Shown one piece after another: positions 52,941 through 62,536 of a DNA stretch of 64,000 bases (within the stretch, counting starts at the first letter, position 1; every line of letters begins with the position of its first letter). A model generated the notes under the pieces. The model was given only the letters and a program-made list of their open reading frames with translations, made no database searches and was not told where the DNA came from. Source of the stretch: Bdellovibrionales bacterium (GTDB lineage: Bacteria > Bdellovibrionota > Bdellovibrionia > Bdellovibrionales > JAGQZY01). The position numbers and the translations under genes were made by a program. The DNA is taken from NCBI GenBank assembly GCA_031426555.1, contig JANPLN010000002.1, forward strand, positions 1-64,000, read 5' to 3'.

Positions 52941-55847
52941 ATGATTTGGTATAAAAAATCGAAACTGTTGTTACCAATCTTTTTAGGCTTATCTGTGGCC
53001 ATGGTTGCCTACACAAACTGCTCGAATAAATCGTTCACGGTTTCTAACGAAACTATGCAGCGACTCCTCAGTGAGAGCTCAAGCATCTATATAAATGACG
53101 ATGAGGTTTACACAAACAGCGCCGCTGTGAATTTGACCATCGAAAACAATAGCGCCGGCGAGATGTATGTGACCAACACAAAAGATTGTTCGGCGGGTGG
53201 TCAATGGGAACCCTATTCCACAACGAAATCTTGGACATTAGCTGAAGTTAATGTGCGTAGCAAAGCCTACGTAAAATTTCGCGAGGCCGGAAGTGAAATT
53301 GAATCGGCTTGTACCTGGGACAGTATCATCCACGACAACACGGCTCCCACTCTCGCGGTGGTTCAAGCAACGCCCACAATTACCAACAGCACCACTCTCA
53401 ACTTTCAATTTTCTGCGGCCGACAATCTCTCTGGTATCAAAGCTTTTAATTGCAAAGACGAAAAGGGACTTCCTTTTGCGAGCTGCAAAGAGATGATGAC
53501 GCTTTCGCCTCTCAAAGAGGGGCCGGGATCAGCCACGGTTATTGCTGAGGACAACGCGGGGAATTTTTCCGTGCCTCTGATTCAAACGTGGCTTGCCGAT
53601 TTTACAGCACCAAAAGCATTTATCAATTCATCGCCATCAGCGATTTCTAATAACGTGAGTGGGGTATTTTCTTTTTCTGGAACGGATAATTTTTCAAACA
53701 GCCTTGTCTTTGAATGTAAGCTAGATGCGGGCGCCTACACGGCGTGCACCTCGCCCTACAGTTTTATTCTCACTGAAGGTGTGCACAACTTTGAAATACG
53801 CGCCAAAGACGAAGCCGGAAATATTTCGAATGTTGCTAGCTACGCATGGACCATCGATTTATCGGCGCCCACTGTGCGCTTGGTCACCTTTCCAACCGCA
53901 TTTTCTAATTCGGCCAGAGCCACGTTTACGTTTGACGGAATGGACGACGGAGTCGTCATCACTCGTTTTGATTGCAAAATCGATAGTGGCGCTTTTACCA
54001 GCTGTACGAGCCCTTCAACGCAATCGGGGCTTGCCAATGGATCCCACACCTTTCAGGTAAGAGGTTACGATAGCGCCGGAAATATGTCCTCCCCCGCCAG
54101 TTACACTTGGGTTATTGATACACAGGCTCCACAAGTGCAAGTTAATTCGAACCCTGCAAAAGAAACCAATCAACAAACAGCGACATTTCAGTTTGTCGCA
54201 ACAGACATGGGAACTGGCATCCAGCTTGTGGAGTGCCGTATCGACAGCGCTGCTTTCCAGACCTGTAACAACTTATCTGTTCAGTATGACACTCTCGCTC
54301 AAGGCAATCATACATTTCAGGTGCGAGCCAAGGATCTTGCCGGAAACTCTTCTTCCACCGTTTCCTACTCGTGGTTTGTCGATTTAACCGCTCCAGCGCT
54401 GAGCTTTATTCGCACGCCAATGAACCCAACCACGGATCGCCTCGCCGTTTTCGAAATGCGCGTGACTGATAATTCCACCAGTCCGTTGCTTCTTGAGTGC
54501 AAACTCGACAGTGCAGTTTTTGCGACGTGCAGCTTAAATCAGGCTTTGAACATGAACAGGGACGGAACCCATACTTTTTCGGTGCGCGCTACGGATTCAG
54601 CTGGTAACGTTTCGACTGTTCTTCCTCATGTTTGGTTGCTGGATTCAACGGGTCCAGCGATTAACTTTACGTCGATTCCTGAACCAAATATTGGAATTTT
54701 AGACAATCCCGAAATTGGCTTTACAGTTGTTGATACGCATTCTTCCGTGGCGAGTGTTCAGTGCGGTCTGCAAGGTCAAACGGCCGCGTGCCCAGTGACC
54801 CACACTGCGATTTATAAAGACCTGACTGTAGGCTCCTACGTCTTTGTTGTGACCGCTGTCGATGCGCTGGGAAACTCTTCCAACAACTCAGTTTCCTTCC
54901 AAGTGAAAAATAATATTCGTCAGGTAAGTCAAAACATCGATGTCACTGTAAACAACAAGGCAGACATTTTGATCGTTATCGATAATTCAGGCTCTATGAA
55001 TAGAGAGCAACAGAATATGGCGCAAAGATTTGCAACGTTTATTGATCAATTAAATAGTTTGGATTGGCGTGTGGCCATCGTTACCACAGATGTAGAAAGA
55101 GATGGACTTAAGATGGACGGTCGTTTTTTAAAGTTTGACAACACCGTTCTCCAAAGCGCAACTGAGGTTTATTATATCCATTCAGGTATGGATAAGGCCG
55201 CAGCAAAAGCTGCGTTTGCTGCAACTATTCAGCGTCCATCGAGTGAGGGCAGCGGCAATGAGCAAGGAATTGCAGCATCGCTTCGTGCGATTAAACGAAG
55301 TCAAGATGCCGCGACAGTGTTGGCCAGTACTCCCAATCGCAATTTTTTTCGTTCGGATGCTGTCCTAAGCACAGTCGTAATTACCGACGCAAACGAAACG
55401 AATCGCCTGGGTACGCAGGATCAAAACAAACCACAATTTTGGTTTGATTCGGTACGGGCTCTGTGGCCCACCAAACCTTTTTCGTTCCACTCGATTATTG
55501 TGAAAAGTGGAGATTCCGCCTGTTTGCGCATAAATGGAAACGAAGATTATGGAGTTTCCTACGAGCAGTTATCGAATCTCACTGGTGGAATCATTGGTTC
55601 TGTCTGCGCTGCTGACTATGGAACACAGCTTACTCAAATGGGCCAAGCCGTTGTAAATTTGCGGCGTACTGTGAGCCTAAATTGTCCACCACTCAATCAG
55701 AATAAAAACGGCACACTCCTCGATGACATCATGGTGACACTGGAATCCGGTGGTTCCTTAGGAGTGGCAGATGTTTCCGGACAAACACTCACTGTGGCTA
55801 GTGATTTTCCGGCTGGTAGGCATAAAATAGATTACTGGTGTTACTAG
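52941..55847 (+). CDS. Large surface lipoprotein with tandem Ig-like repeats and C-terminal vWA domain (adhesin-like)
   Basis: Signal ending AYTNC; roughly six ~87-aa repeats (D..AP...C..D...C...G.H.F.V.A.D.AGN...W); DILIVIDNSGSM MIDAS motif. Confidence 0.88.
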   Translation: MIWYKKSKLLLPIFLGLSVAMVAYTNCSNKSFTVSNETMQRLLSESSSIYINDDEVYTNSAAVNLTIENNSAGEMYVTNTKDCSAGGQWEPYSTTKSWTLAEVNVRSKAYVKFREAGSEIESACTWDSIIHDNTAPTLAVVQATPTITNSTTLNFQFSAADNLSGIKAFNCKDEKGLPFASCKEMMTLSPLKEGPGSATVIAEDNAGNFSVPLIQTWLADFTAPKAFINSSPSAISNNVSGVFSFSGTDNFSNSLVFECKLDAGAYTACTSPYSFILTEGVHNFEIRAKDEAGNISNVASYAWTIDLSAPTVRLVTFPTAFSNSARATFTFDGMDDGVVITRFDCKIDSGAFTSCTSPSTQSGLANGSHTFQVRGYDSAGNMSSPASYTWVIDTQAPQVQVNSNPAKETNQQTATFQFVATDMGTGIQLVECRIDSAAFQTCNNLSVQYDTLAQGNHTFQVRAKDLAGNSSSTVSYSWFVDLTAPALSFIRTPMNPTTDRLAVFEMRVTDNSTSPLLLECKLDSAVFATCSLNQALNMNRDGTHTFSVRATDSAGNVSTVLPHVWLLDSTGPAINFTSIPEPNIGILDNPEIGFTVVDTHSSVASVQCGLQGQTAACPVTHTAIYKDLTVGSYVFVVTAVDALGNSSNNSVSFQVKNNIRQVSQNIDVTVNNKADILIVIDNSGSMNREQQNMAQRFATFIDQLNSLDWRVAIVTTDVERDGLKMDGRFLKFDNTVLQSATEVYYIHSGMDKAAAKAAFAATIQRPSSEGSGNEQGIAASLRAIKRSQDAATVLASTPNRNFFRSDAVLSTVVITDANETNRLGTQDQNKPQFWFDSVRALWPTKPFSFHSIIVKSGDSACLRINGNEDYGVSYEQLSNLTGGIIGSVCAADYGTQLTQMGQAVVNLRRTVSLNCPPLNQNKNGTLLDDIMVTLESGGSLGVADVSGQTLTVASDFPAGRHKIDYWCY

Positions 55848-55870
55848 GATCATTAGCTTTTTTAAAAAAC

Positions 55871-55902
55871 AAAAAAAAAGCCGCTCAGTGAGCGGCTTTT
55901 TT
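55871..55902. terminator. Bidirectional intrinsic terminator
   Basis: AAAAAAGCCGCTCA-g-TGAGCGGCTTTTTT between convergent genes. Confidence 0.9.
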
Positions 55903-55905
55903 CGT

Positions 55906-56937
55906 CTAAGTTCCTTTCTTTGGAACTTTCATATGGATAGCGAAGTTTTCAAACTCCCCGTACTCATGCAATTTGTTATACAACGTTTTAATCGTAATTC
56001 CCAAAGCATTGGCGGCTTGAGTTTTATTGCCATCAAAATGCTTTAGAGCTTCTACGATGTAACGTCGCTCTAACTCGTGCAATGTCAAAGTCGGATCATA
56101 CTGACCGATCACCAGTTTGTTTTCTGGTTTCAAAATCGTTTCAGGTAAATCGCTCACTTGAATGGTATGACCATCTGCTAAAATTTGTAAACGTTCACAC
56201 AAGTTTTGCAATTCACGAATGTTTCCTGGCCACTCGTACTTCATTAAAGCTTGAAGAGCCTCTGGACTCATTTCCTGTCCACGATTCAAAATACGCGAGT
56301 TTCCACGCGCCAAAAAGTAAGTCACTAACAAAGGAATATCCTCTTTGCGACGACGAAGTGGAGGCGAATGTACAGTGATCGTATTAATACGATAGTACAA
56401 ATCCTCGCGGAAACTTCCTTTGAGAACTTCTGAATCGAGTTCGCGGTTGGTCGCACTGATCAAACGAATATTTACTTTGATCGGTTCTTTTCCACCAACA
56501 CGGTAAACTTCGCCTTCTTGAATAAAGCGTAAAAGTTTTGCCTGGATTCCAGGACTCAACTCGCCGATTTCATCCAAGAACAGTGTTCCGCCGGAAGCTG
56601 CTTCCGCAAGACCAATTTTGCGATTGTAAGCGCCGGTAAAGGCACCTTTCTCGTGTCCGAAAAGTTCCGACTCTAAAAGAGTTTCGCGAAGAGCTCCGCA
56701 GTTAATGGCCACAAAAGGCTTATCTGCTCTTTGGCTTTTTTCGTGCACCGAGCGTGCAATCAGTTCTTTTCCCGTACCGCTCTCACCGAGAATCAACACA
56801 GGAGCGCCCGAAGGGGCAACTCGATCCACCATTTTCAACACTTGATGCATCACCTCGGACTTGTAGATAATGGATGGCTTTCTTAAATCTGATGAAAGTA
56901 TAGATTTCTGTAAATCGACCTCTTTCATTTGTGACAT
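55906..56937 (-). CDS. Sigma54-dependent activator (AAA+ and Fis HTH) lacking an N-terminal sensor domain
   Basis: [38 protein letters not shown] and HTH; only about 20 aa precede the AAA+ domain. Confidence 0.95.
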   Translation of the reverse strand: MSQMKEVDLQKSILSSDLRKPSIIYKSEVMHQVLKMVDRVAPSGAPVLILGESGTGKELIARSVHEKSQRADKPFVAINCGALRETLLESELFGHEKGAFTGAYNRKIGLAEAASGGTLFLDEIGELSPGIQAKLLRFIQEGEVYRVGGKEPIKVNIRLISATNRELDSEVLKGSFREDLYYRINTITVHSPPLRRRKEDIPLLVTYFLARGNSRILNRGQEMSPEALQALMKYEWPGNIRELQNLCERLQILADGHTIQVSDLPETILKPENKLVIGQYDPTLTLHELERRYIVEALKHFDGNKTQAANALGITIKTLYNKLHEYGEFENFAIHMKVPKKGT

Positions 56938-56968
56938 ACGTACCGCCTCTCAATTACTCTATTTATAA

Positions 56969-56985
56969 TGCCTCATTTTGAGGCA
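56969..56985. promoter_or_regulatory. Perfect palindromic operator candidate TGCCTCA-ttt-TGAGGCA
   Basis: 7-3-7 dyad between the promoter and start codon of the sigma54 activator. Confidence 0.65.
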
Positions 56986-57001
56986 CGCTTGAGTGATAGG
57001 C

Positions 57002-57030
57002 ACTATAATGCCGCGCTGAATAAATTTCAA
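57002..57030 (-). promoter_or_regulatory. Candidate sigma70 promoter of the sigma54 activator gene
   Basis: TTGAAA-17-TATAGT. Confidence 0.6.
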
Positions 57031-57067
57031 GTAGAATTTTCAGCGCCGCGTTGTAATATAAATATTA

Positions 57068-57964
57068 ATGAGAGAATACGGTAGTTTAACTATGCTAAAT
57101 TTTACAGAAATTATCGTAAAATTTTTAGAAACTTTGGCCATGGAGGAGCAAAAAGCCCCCTTAACCCTTGTGGCCTACTCCAACGACCTTAAGCAGGTTT
57201 TTGCCGAAAAACATGACTTAACACCTTCTGAGCTCAAACTGACGGTGACAAAGTTTTTGCGCTCTATTTCGCACCTGTCGCCTGCGACTCGAGGGCGAAA
57301 GATTGCCACCCTTAAAAAGTTTTATCAGTATTTAAAGCACCACAAGCTCGTCGACGAAGCTCATCCCCATTTGGTGACTCCCAAAAATCCACAAAAGTTG
57401 CCAAACTTTTTAACTGTGGACGAAGCCATCGCTGTATTGAAGTCATTCGAATCACTTCCGCTAGACCTAGAGGCAAAACAGCGAACGCAAAGACAGCATG
57501 TTTTGTTTCTACTGCTTTATGGAGCTGGCCTGCGCGTGAGCGAAGCCTGCAACCTCACTTGGCAGTCCGTGAATCTGTCGCGACGAGAAATGCGAGTGCT
57601 TGGCAAAGGTAACAAAGAGCGCGCCATTTCGTTTCCCGTCTTGTTGTTGAAGAAACTGGCTTCGCTGCGGGAAACTCAACAGCAGAAATACATTTGGGGC
57701 GATAAGCCATTAAACACGCGCACCGCCTACAACGACATTACCGCCTGTGGATTGAACGCTGGATTGAGCCATCACATACATCCCCATGCCCTTCGGCACA
57801 GCTTTGCCACCCATTTACTCAACGATGGAGCCGATCTGCGCGTGATCCAAGAAATGTTGGGTCACAGCAACCTGGGAGCCACCGAGCGCTACACCCACGT
57901 CACACTCAATCAACTCTCACAAACCCTTGAAAAGTTTCATCCTCTGGGTAAGAAGACTGTATGA
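57068..57964 (+). CDS. xerC: Tyrosine recombinase XerC/XerD (start may be ATG at 57092)
   Basis: LYGAGLRVSE, GKGNKER, HPHALRHSFATHLL..GADLR.IQE.LGH..L..T..YTH. Confidence 0.88.
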   Translation: MREYGSLTMLNFTEIIVKFLETLAMEEQKAPLTLVAYSNDLKQVFAEKHDLTPSELKLTVTKFLRSISHLSPATRGRKIATLKKFYQYLKHHKLVDEAHPHLVTPKNPQKLPNFLTVDEAIAVLKSFESLPLDLEAKQRTQRQHVLFLLLYGAGLRVSEACNLTWQSVNLSRREMRVLGKGNKERAISFPVLLLKKLASLRETQQQKYIWGDKPLNTRTAYNDITACGLNAGLSHHIHPHALRHSFATHLLNDGADLRVIQEMLGHSNLGATERYTHVTLNQLSQTLEKFHPLGKKTV

Positions 57965-58482
57965 AGAAAGCCATCTTTTTAGATCGCGATGGAACAATCA
58001 TCGTCGATAAGAATTACTTGAACGATCCTGAACAGGTGGAATTTATTCCTAGAGCCGTTGAAGCTCTCAAGGCTTTGCAAAACGATTTTCTGTTGATCGT
58101 TGTGACCAATCAGTCAGGGATTGCGCGCGGGCTCGTGCACGTGGAGAACATGCATTTGATTCATGAAAAAATGCAGGCTGTGCTCAATCCGCATGGCGTG
58201 CAAATCACTGCGTTTTATCACTCTCCGCATGCAGCTGATAGCAACCATCCTCTGCGCAAACCAAATCCGGGGATGTTGATACAGGCCGCGAAAGACCATC
58301 GCATTGATTTGGGTTCTAGTTTTATGATCGGCGACAAGCCGATCGATGTGGAAGCAGGTCATCGCGCGGGCACGAAAAGTATTTTGATTAGCGACGAGGC
58401 CTCGGAAACTTGCTCACCTGAGTGTGTGGCTCCTGATCTGCTGGTGGCTGCTAAATGGATTTTTCAAATGAATCTGGACTAG
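57961..58482 (+). CDS. gmhB: D-glycero-D-manno-heptose-1,7-bisphosphate phosphatase (HAD IIIA)
   Basis: FLDRDGT, VTNQSGIARG, RKPNPGM and MIGD. Confidence 0.9.
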   Translation: MKKAIFLDRDGTIIVDKNYLNDPEQVEFIPRAVEALKALQNDFLLIVVTNQSGIARGLVHVENMHLIHEKMQAVLNPHGVQITAFYHSPHAADSNHPLRKPNPGMLIQAAKDHRIDLGSSFMIGDKPIDVEAGHRAGTKSILISDEASETCSPECVAPDLLVAAKWIFQMNLD

Positions 58483-59180
58483 CCTTAAAACATAACTCCA
58501 AATATGATTTTATGATGATCTATCTGCTTATAATATTATTAGGTAGCGTCTTTATACATTCAGAAGAATCTCAAGAAACCTGCCGTGCGAAAATGCTAGG
58601 ACCTAATTATAAGTCAATATTGAGCTCTTCGCTGATCAAAATGAAATATGCTGTCGCGGTGGCTGATACTCACTGCAAAATAAACATAACTAAAGAAGAT
58701 ATTCGCAAAGGACAAACTAAAGCCATCTGCCCAAACCACAAAACTCAGTATAAGATGGGCTGCTTAAAGGAATGGATGACTCTTAACCAAATTAATTATC
58801 TTGCGGGCCTTGCCGCCCTTCACTCGTCGGCAATCATTATTGCAAAAGAAGATAAAAATCAGTTTCCTAAAGATCACAAAGTTTTACCTCAAATGATAGA
58901 TCTTCTCCTCTTGGGTTTAGAAGCTTACTCAACAAAAGGCAATATCGCTTATAATTCATCTCAAGATCTGAAAGAAAATGAGCAAATGCAGTATTTACGT
59001 TTGATCGAACAGTCGTCGTTTGCAAAATATAAAAAAACGGTCACAGACAGCCTCTCCAAACAAATAGTTGAATTAAAAAAAATGCTTCAAACTATCCCCC
59101 CTCAAAGCGCTGACTACAAATGGCTTAGCACCTCGGCGTTAATTCTTGAGAGTCGTCTCTCAAAAGTTAAATCTCTTTGA
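58455..59180 (+). CDS. Hypothetical exported protein (real start probably near 58512)
   Basis: Long AT-rich ORF; hydrophobic stretch MMIYLLIILLGSVF; four Cys. Confidence 0.6.
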   Translation: MDFSNESGLALKHNSKYDFMMIYLLIILLGSVFIHSEESQETCRAKMLGPNYKSILSSSLIKMKYAVAVADTHCKINITKEDIRKGQTKAICPNHKTQYKMGCLKEWMTLNQINYLAGLAALHSSAIIIAKEDKNQFPKDHKVLPQMIDLLLLGLEAYSTKGNIAYNSSQDLKENEQMQYLRLIEQSSFAKYKKTVTDSLSKQIVELKKMLQTIPPQSADYKWLSTSALILESRLSKVKSL

Positions 59181-59222
59181 AAATTAATTGCGACTGCCGC
59201 TTACCGAAGAGACGTGCTCCTT

Positions 59223-59807
59223 TTAAAATACACCGAGCTCACGAAGGGCGTGGTCGCTCAGGGAACGCAGCTGGGACTGCAGCCTGTGGCCCTTGAGTTT
59301 TTCGCAGTTTTGTAAAGGCTCATGCAGGAACTCGTTAAAGTGTCCATCTTCGTTTGGCAAGTAACCGCTGTAGAACAATAGTTTGATTCGAAAATGAAGC
59401 TGAAGGAGACGAATCTCTTTGGTGTGTTCTAATTTTTTAAGGGCATTGCCAAAGAGGTTAAAGATGGGGCCATTGTCGTCGGAACCTTGCACGGTGATGC
59501 GGGACACATCTTTCGCAAGGCTCAACCCCAATTGTAGGCGATCATAATCCGTGCGTATCCCCGAAAACCCGTCGATGAGTTTCGCTTCGCTCAAGGCAAC
59601 GAACTCCGTTTTTTCTTTGCGGTCTTCGTAAGTGAGATGCACGTAGTTCATGGCTTCTAAAACACCACCGCCAAAGCGTTTTTTACTTTTTAAGGCGCTT
59701 CTGGCTAAAAAATGTTGTTTTCCACCATTGGTATTCAGAGCGTCGATTTGTAAATCCGCCTCTTTAAAAACCATGGTGCGAAGAATTAAAAACGAACCTG
59801 CTGCCAC
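59223..59807 (-). CDS. recO: DNA repair protein RecO, short form without zinc finger
   Basis: ILR...F.EADL......GGK....AR.A.KSKKRFGG..E OB-fold pattern; F.IKLL...GY.P. Confidence 0.85.
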   Translation of the reverse strand: MAAGSFLILRTMVFKEADLQIDALNTNGGKQHFLARSALKSKKRFGGGVLEAMNYVHLTYEDRKEKTEFVALSEAKLIDGFSGIRTDYDRLQLGLSLAKDVSRITVQGSDDNGPIFNLFGNALKKLEHTKEIRLLQLHFRIKLLFYSGYLPNEDGHFNEFLHEPLQNCEKLKGHRLQSQLRSLSDHALRELGVF

Positions 59808-59816
59808 GCTGGCTCC

Positions 59817-61154
59817 TTAAAGATAAGCGAATAAGGACAATATCAAAATAGACAAAATATTGGCTAAAATAACCGACAATGGAATAATCGACGCATTTAG
59901 CTCCCGCGAAAACTGTTTAAAGGTCCATGGAATAAATACAGAGAGTAAAACAGAGCTGATCACTAGCATTAAAAAACTAAGGGAAAACAAATAGTAAATC
60001 TCATTTTCAACTCGCAAGAGAATAAAAATGCTTAAAGAAATAAATGATAGCAACGTTCCCATAAAAAAAGACAGCGTGAACTCTTGTTTAAGGATGCCAG
60101 ACAATCCCCTGATTTTATCTTCACCGCTGCGAAAAAACTCCAAGGCCAGAGACGCCGTTTGGTTGCTGAGAATCGTTACTAAAAACTGCGCCATGGGAAT
60201 CATACAAATCAGTTGCCATGGAATTTCTCTATGCCGATCGTACAGTCCGCGATAAAGTGCATAAAAACAAATCAGTCCACCAAATAAACACAAAAAGAAC
60301 CACGGAACGCGGGCAATAAAATGATCCCAGAAGCCTTCCTCGCCACCAACTCCCGCCATCCCTCGAGATAAGAGCTCGTCTGAAGCCTCTTCCCGGATCA
60401 CATCGATAACGTCGTCGACAGTGATAACTCCAACAAGATTTTTTGAATGATCGACAACGGGAACAGCCAAAAAATCATATTTTTCGACAATTTTCGAAAC
60501 ATCCAACTGGTCTGTGGTCACTTCGACGGACATGACATCTGTCTCCATGATATCTTTTAAGACAATGTTCGGTTTATGCAAAATCAATTGCTTCAGACTC
60601 AGTACTCCCACCAGCTGGTGGGACTCATTGGTTACATAAATATAAAAGGTGATTAAATCCTCATCCGTCTCTTGAATAAAAAGGATGGCCTCGGAAACCG
60701 TCTTGTCCTGATCCACAGAAAGTACGTGCGGAGTCATCAGCGCACCGGCGGAGTCATCGGGGTAACCCATAAGCTCTTCGACTTCCTGTACGTCCTCGGT
60801 GGACATCCCCTTAAGAAGTTGCTTGGAAAGATCTTCAGGCAAGTGACCCAAAAGGTCTGCTGCATCATCGGACTGCATTTGCGCCAGGATTTCTTGCACC
60901 TCTTGCGGGTTTAAAACAACGGAAATTTCTTCCTGCAAAGACTCATTGAGGCGGCTGAGAATATCGGCTTTGAGTTCCAGAGTGGGAACCATTTGAAAAA
61001 TACTCAGTCTTTCGTCGGGATCTAAGATTTCGAGCACCGCAGCGATATCTGCACCATGGGATTTTGCGATGATTTTTTTGATATTGCGCTCCGCTCCCCG
61101 ACGGTAAAGCTTACTCACGGTAACGGCTAGTTTTTTGGTGCGCTCTTCAATCAC
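59817..61154 (-). CDS. mgtE: Magnesium transporter MgtE
   Basis: N-domain DDAADLL, Y.DDSAG.LM, CBS pair, GVITVDDVIDV and TM domain. Confidence 0.93.
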   Translation of the reverse strand: MIEERTKKLAVTVSKLYRRGAERNIKKIIAKSHGADIAAVLEILDPDERLSIFQMVPTLELKADILSRLNESLQEEISVVLNPQEVQEILAQMQSDDAADLLGHLPEDLSKQLLKGMSTEDVQEVEELMGYPDDSAGALMTPHVLSVDQDKTVSEAILFIQETDEDLITFYIYVTNESHQLVGVLSLKQLILHKPNIVLKDIMETDVMSVEVTTDQLDVSKIVEKYDFLAVPVVDHSKNLVGVITVDDVIDVIREEASDELLSRGMAGVGGEEGFWDHFIARVPWFFLCLFGGLICFYALYRGLYDRHREIPWQLICMIPMAQFLVTILSNQTASLALEFFRSGEDKIRGLSGILKQEFTLSFFMGTLLSFISLSIFILLRVENEIYYLFSLSFLMLVISSVLLSVFIPWTFKQFSRELNASIIPLSVILANILSILILSLFAYL

Positions 61155-61222
61155 AAAAACCTCTTTGTAACGTGTGTTTTACCATGATAATCTCTCCGCT
61201 GAAATCAAAAAAGAGGTCCCCT

Positions 61223-62536
61223 TTGAAGATAAGTTTAGTTGGAACAGGATATGTGGGCTTGGTGGCGGGAGTTTGCTTCGCCGACGTAGGACACGATGTT
61301 ATTTGCGTGGATAATAACGAAGAAAAAATTCGCAAGCTGAAGGATGGATTGATTCCCATCTACGAGCCGGGCCTTGGTGACATTTTAAAGAACTGCGCCT
61401 CGCGCATTCAGTTCACGACAGATCTCAAAAGCGCCGTCAACCAAACACAGGTTGTCTTTATTGCCGTGGGAACTCCTGAAAAAAGCGATGGCAGCGCTGA
61501 TATGGGACCCACCATGGCAGTTCTTAAGGGAATTTGCGATGCCGCCACCGATAAAAAATATATTGTTCTTAAGAGCACCGTTCCAGTGGGCACTGCTTCT
61601 GAACTCAAAAAATATATTCAGACTCTTTCGAAAATTCCCCATGAGCTTATCAATAACCCAGAGTTTTTAAAAGAAGGCGCCGCGGTTGAAGATTTTTTGC
61701 GCCCGGATCGTGTGGTCATCGGCTGCGAAAGCAAAGCGGCCCAGGATATGATGGGTGAGCTCTACGCTCCCTTTGTGCGCAACGGTCACCCCATTTATTT
61801 TATGTCCAATGTTTCGGCCGAAATGACCAAGTACGCAGCGAACTCGTTTTTGTCGGTGAAGATTAGTTTTATCAATGAACTAGCTGACCTGGCAGATCGC
61901 GTGGGTGCCGACATTCACGATGTGCGCAAAGGCTTTACGTCGGATCGCCGAATCAATCCTGCGTTTTTCCATCCCGGCGTGGGCTACGGTGGAAGTTGTT
62001 TTCCAAAGGACGTTCAGGCGTTGATTCACACCGCAAAAAAATACGGATCCACAATGGACATCGTGGCTGCTGCGGACAGCGTGAATGACAAACAAAAATT
62101 AGTATTGTTTGAAAAAGTAAAAAAACGTTTTGGAAGTTTAATAGGAATGCACTTTGCCATGTGGGGCTTAAGTTTTAAACCGCGCACGGATGATGTGCGC
62201 GAAGCTCCTGCCATGTATTTGTTGAAAGCCCTCGCGGCCGAAGGAGCCACGGTTACGGCTTATGATCCTGTGGCCACAGAATCTGCAAAAGGCTATTTTC
62301 CAACTCCCTTTACGGCTGCGGAATCAGCCTTGGATGCGACAAAAGGGGCTGATGCACTTTTGATCGTCACCGAGTGGAATGAATTCCGAACTCCCGATTT
62401 TGCGGCTCTTAAGCAAAGCCTAAAAAATTCTATTATTTTTGATGGCCGAAATGCCTTGAACGTAAGTGATATAGTAAAATATAATTTTGAGTACTACTGT
62501 ATTGGTCGTCAGATTACTGTTGGAGCGGGAAAATGA
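61223..62536 (+). CDS. ugd: UDP-glucose 6-dehydrogenase
   Basis: TTG start at 61223 with AAGAGG RBS; GTGYVG, KSTVPVGT, NPEFLKEG and GYGGSCFPKD. Confidence 0.96.
   Translation: MKISLVGTGYVGLVAGVCFADVGHDVICVDNNEEKIRKLKDGLIPIYEPGLGDILKNCASRIQFTTDLKSAVNQTQVVFIAVGTPEKSDGSADMGPTMAVLKGICDAATDKKYIVLKSTVPVGTASELKKYIQTLSKIPHELINNPEFLKEGAAVEDFLRPDRVVIGCESKAAQDMMGELYAPFVRNGHPIYFMSNVSAEMTKYAANSFLSVKISFINELADLADRVGADIHDVRKGFTSDRRINPAFFHPGVGYGGSCFPKDVQALIHTAKKYGSTMDIVAAADSVNDKQKLVLFEKVKKRFGSLIGMHFAMWGLSFKPRTDDVREAPAMYLLKALAAEGATVTAYDPVATESAKGYFPTPFTAAESALDATKGADALLIVTEWNEFRTPDFAALKQSLKNSIIFDGRNALNVSDIVKYNFEYYCIGRQITVGAGK

Noticed and set aside
57068..57964. Tyrosine recombinase as a prophage or island integrase
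   Set aside because: Length and motifs fit housekeeping XerC/D; it is coupled to gmhB, with no adjacent tRNA, att repeat or phage genes.
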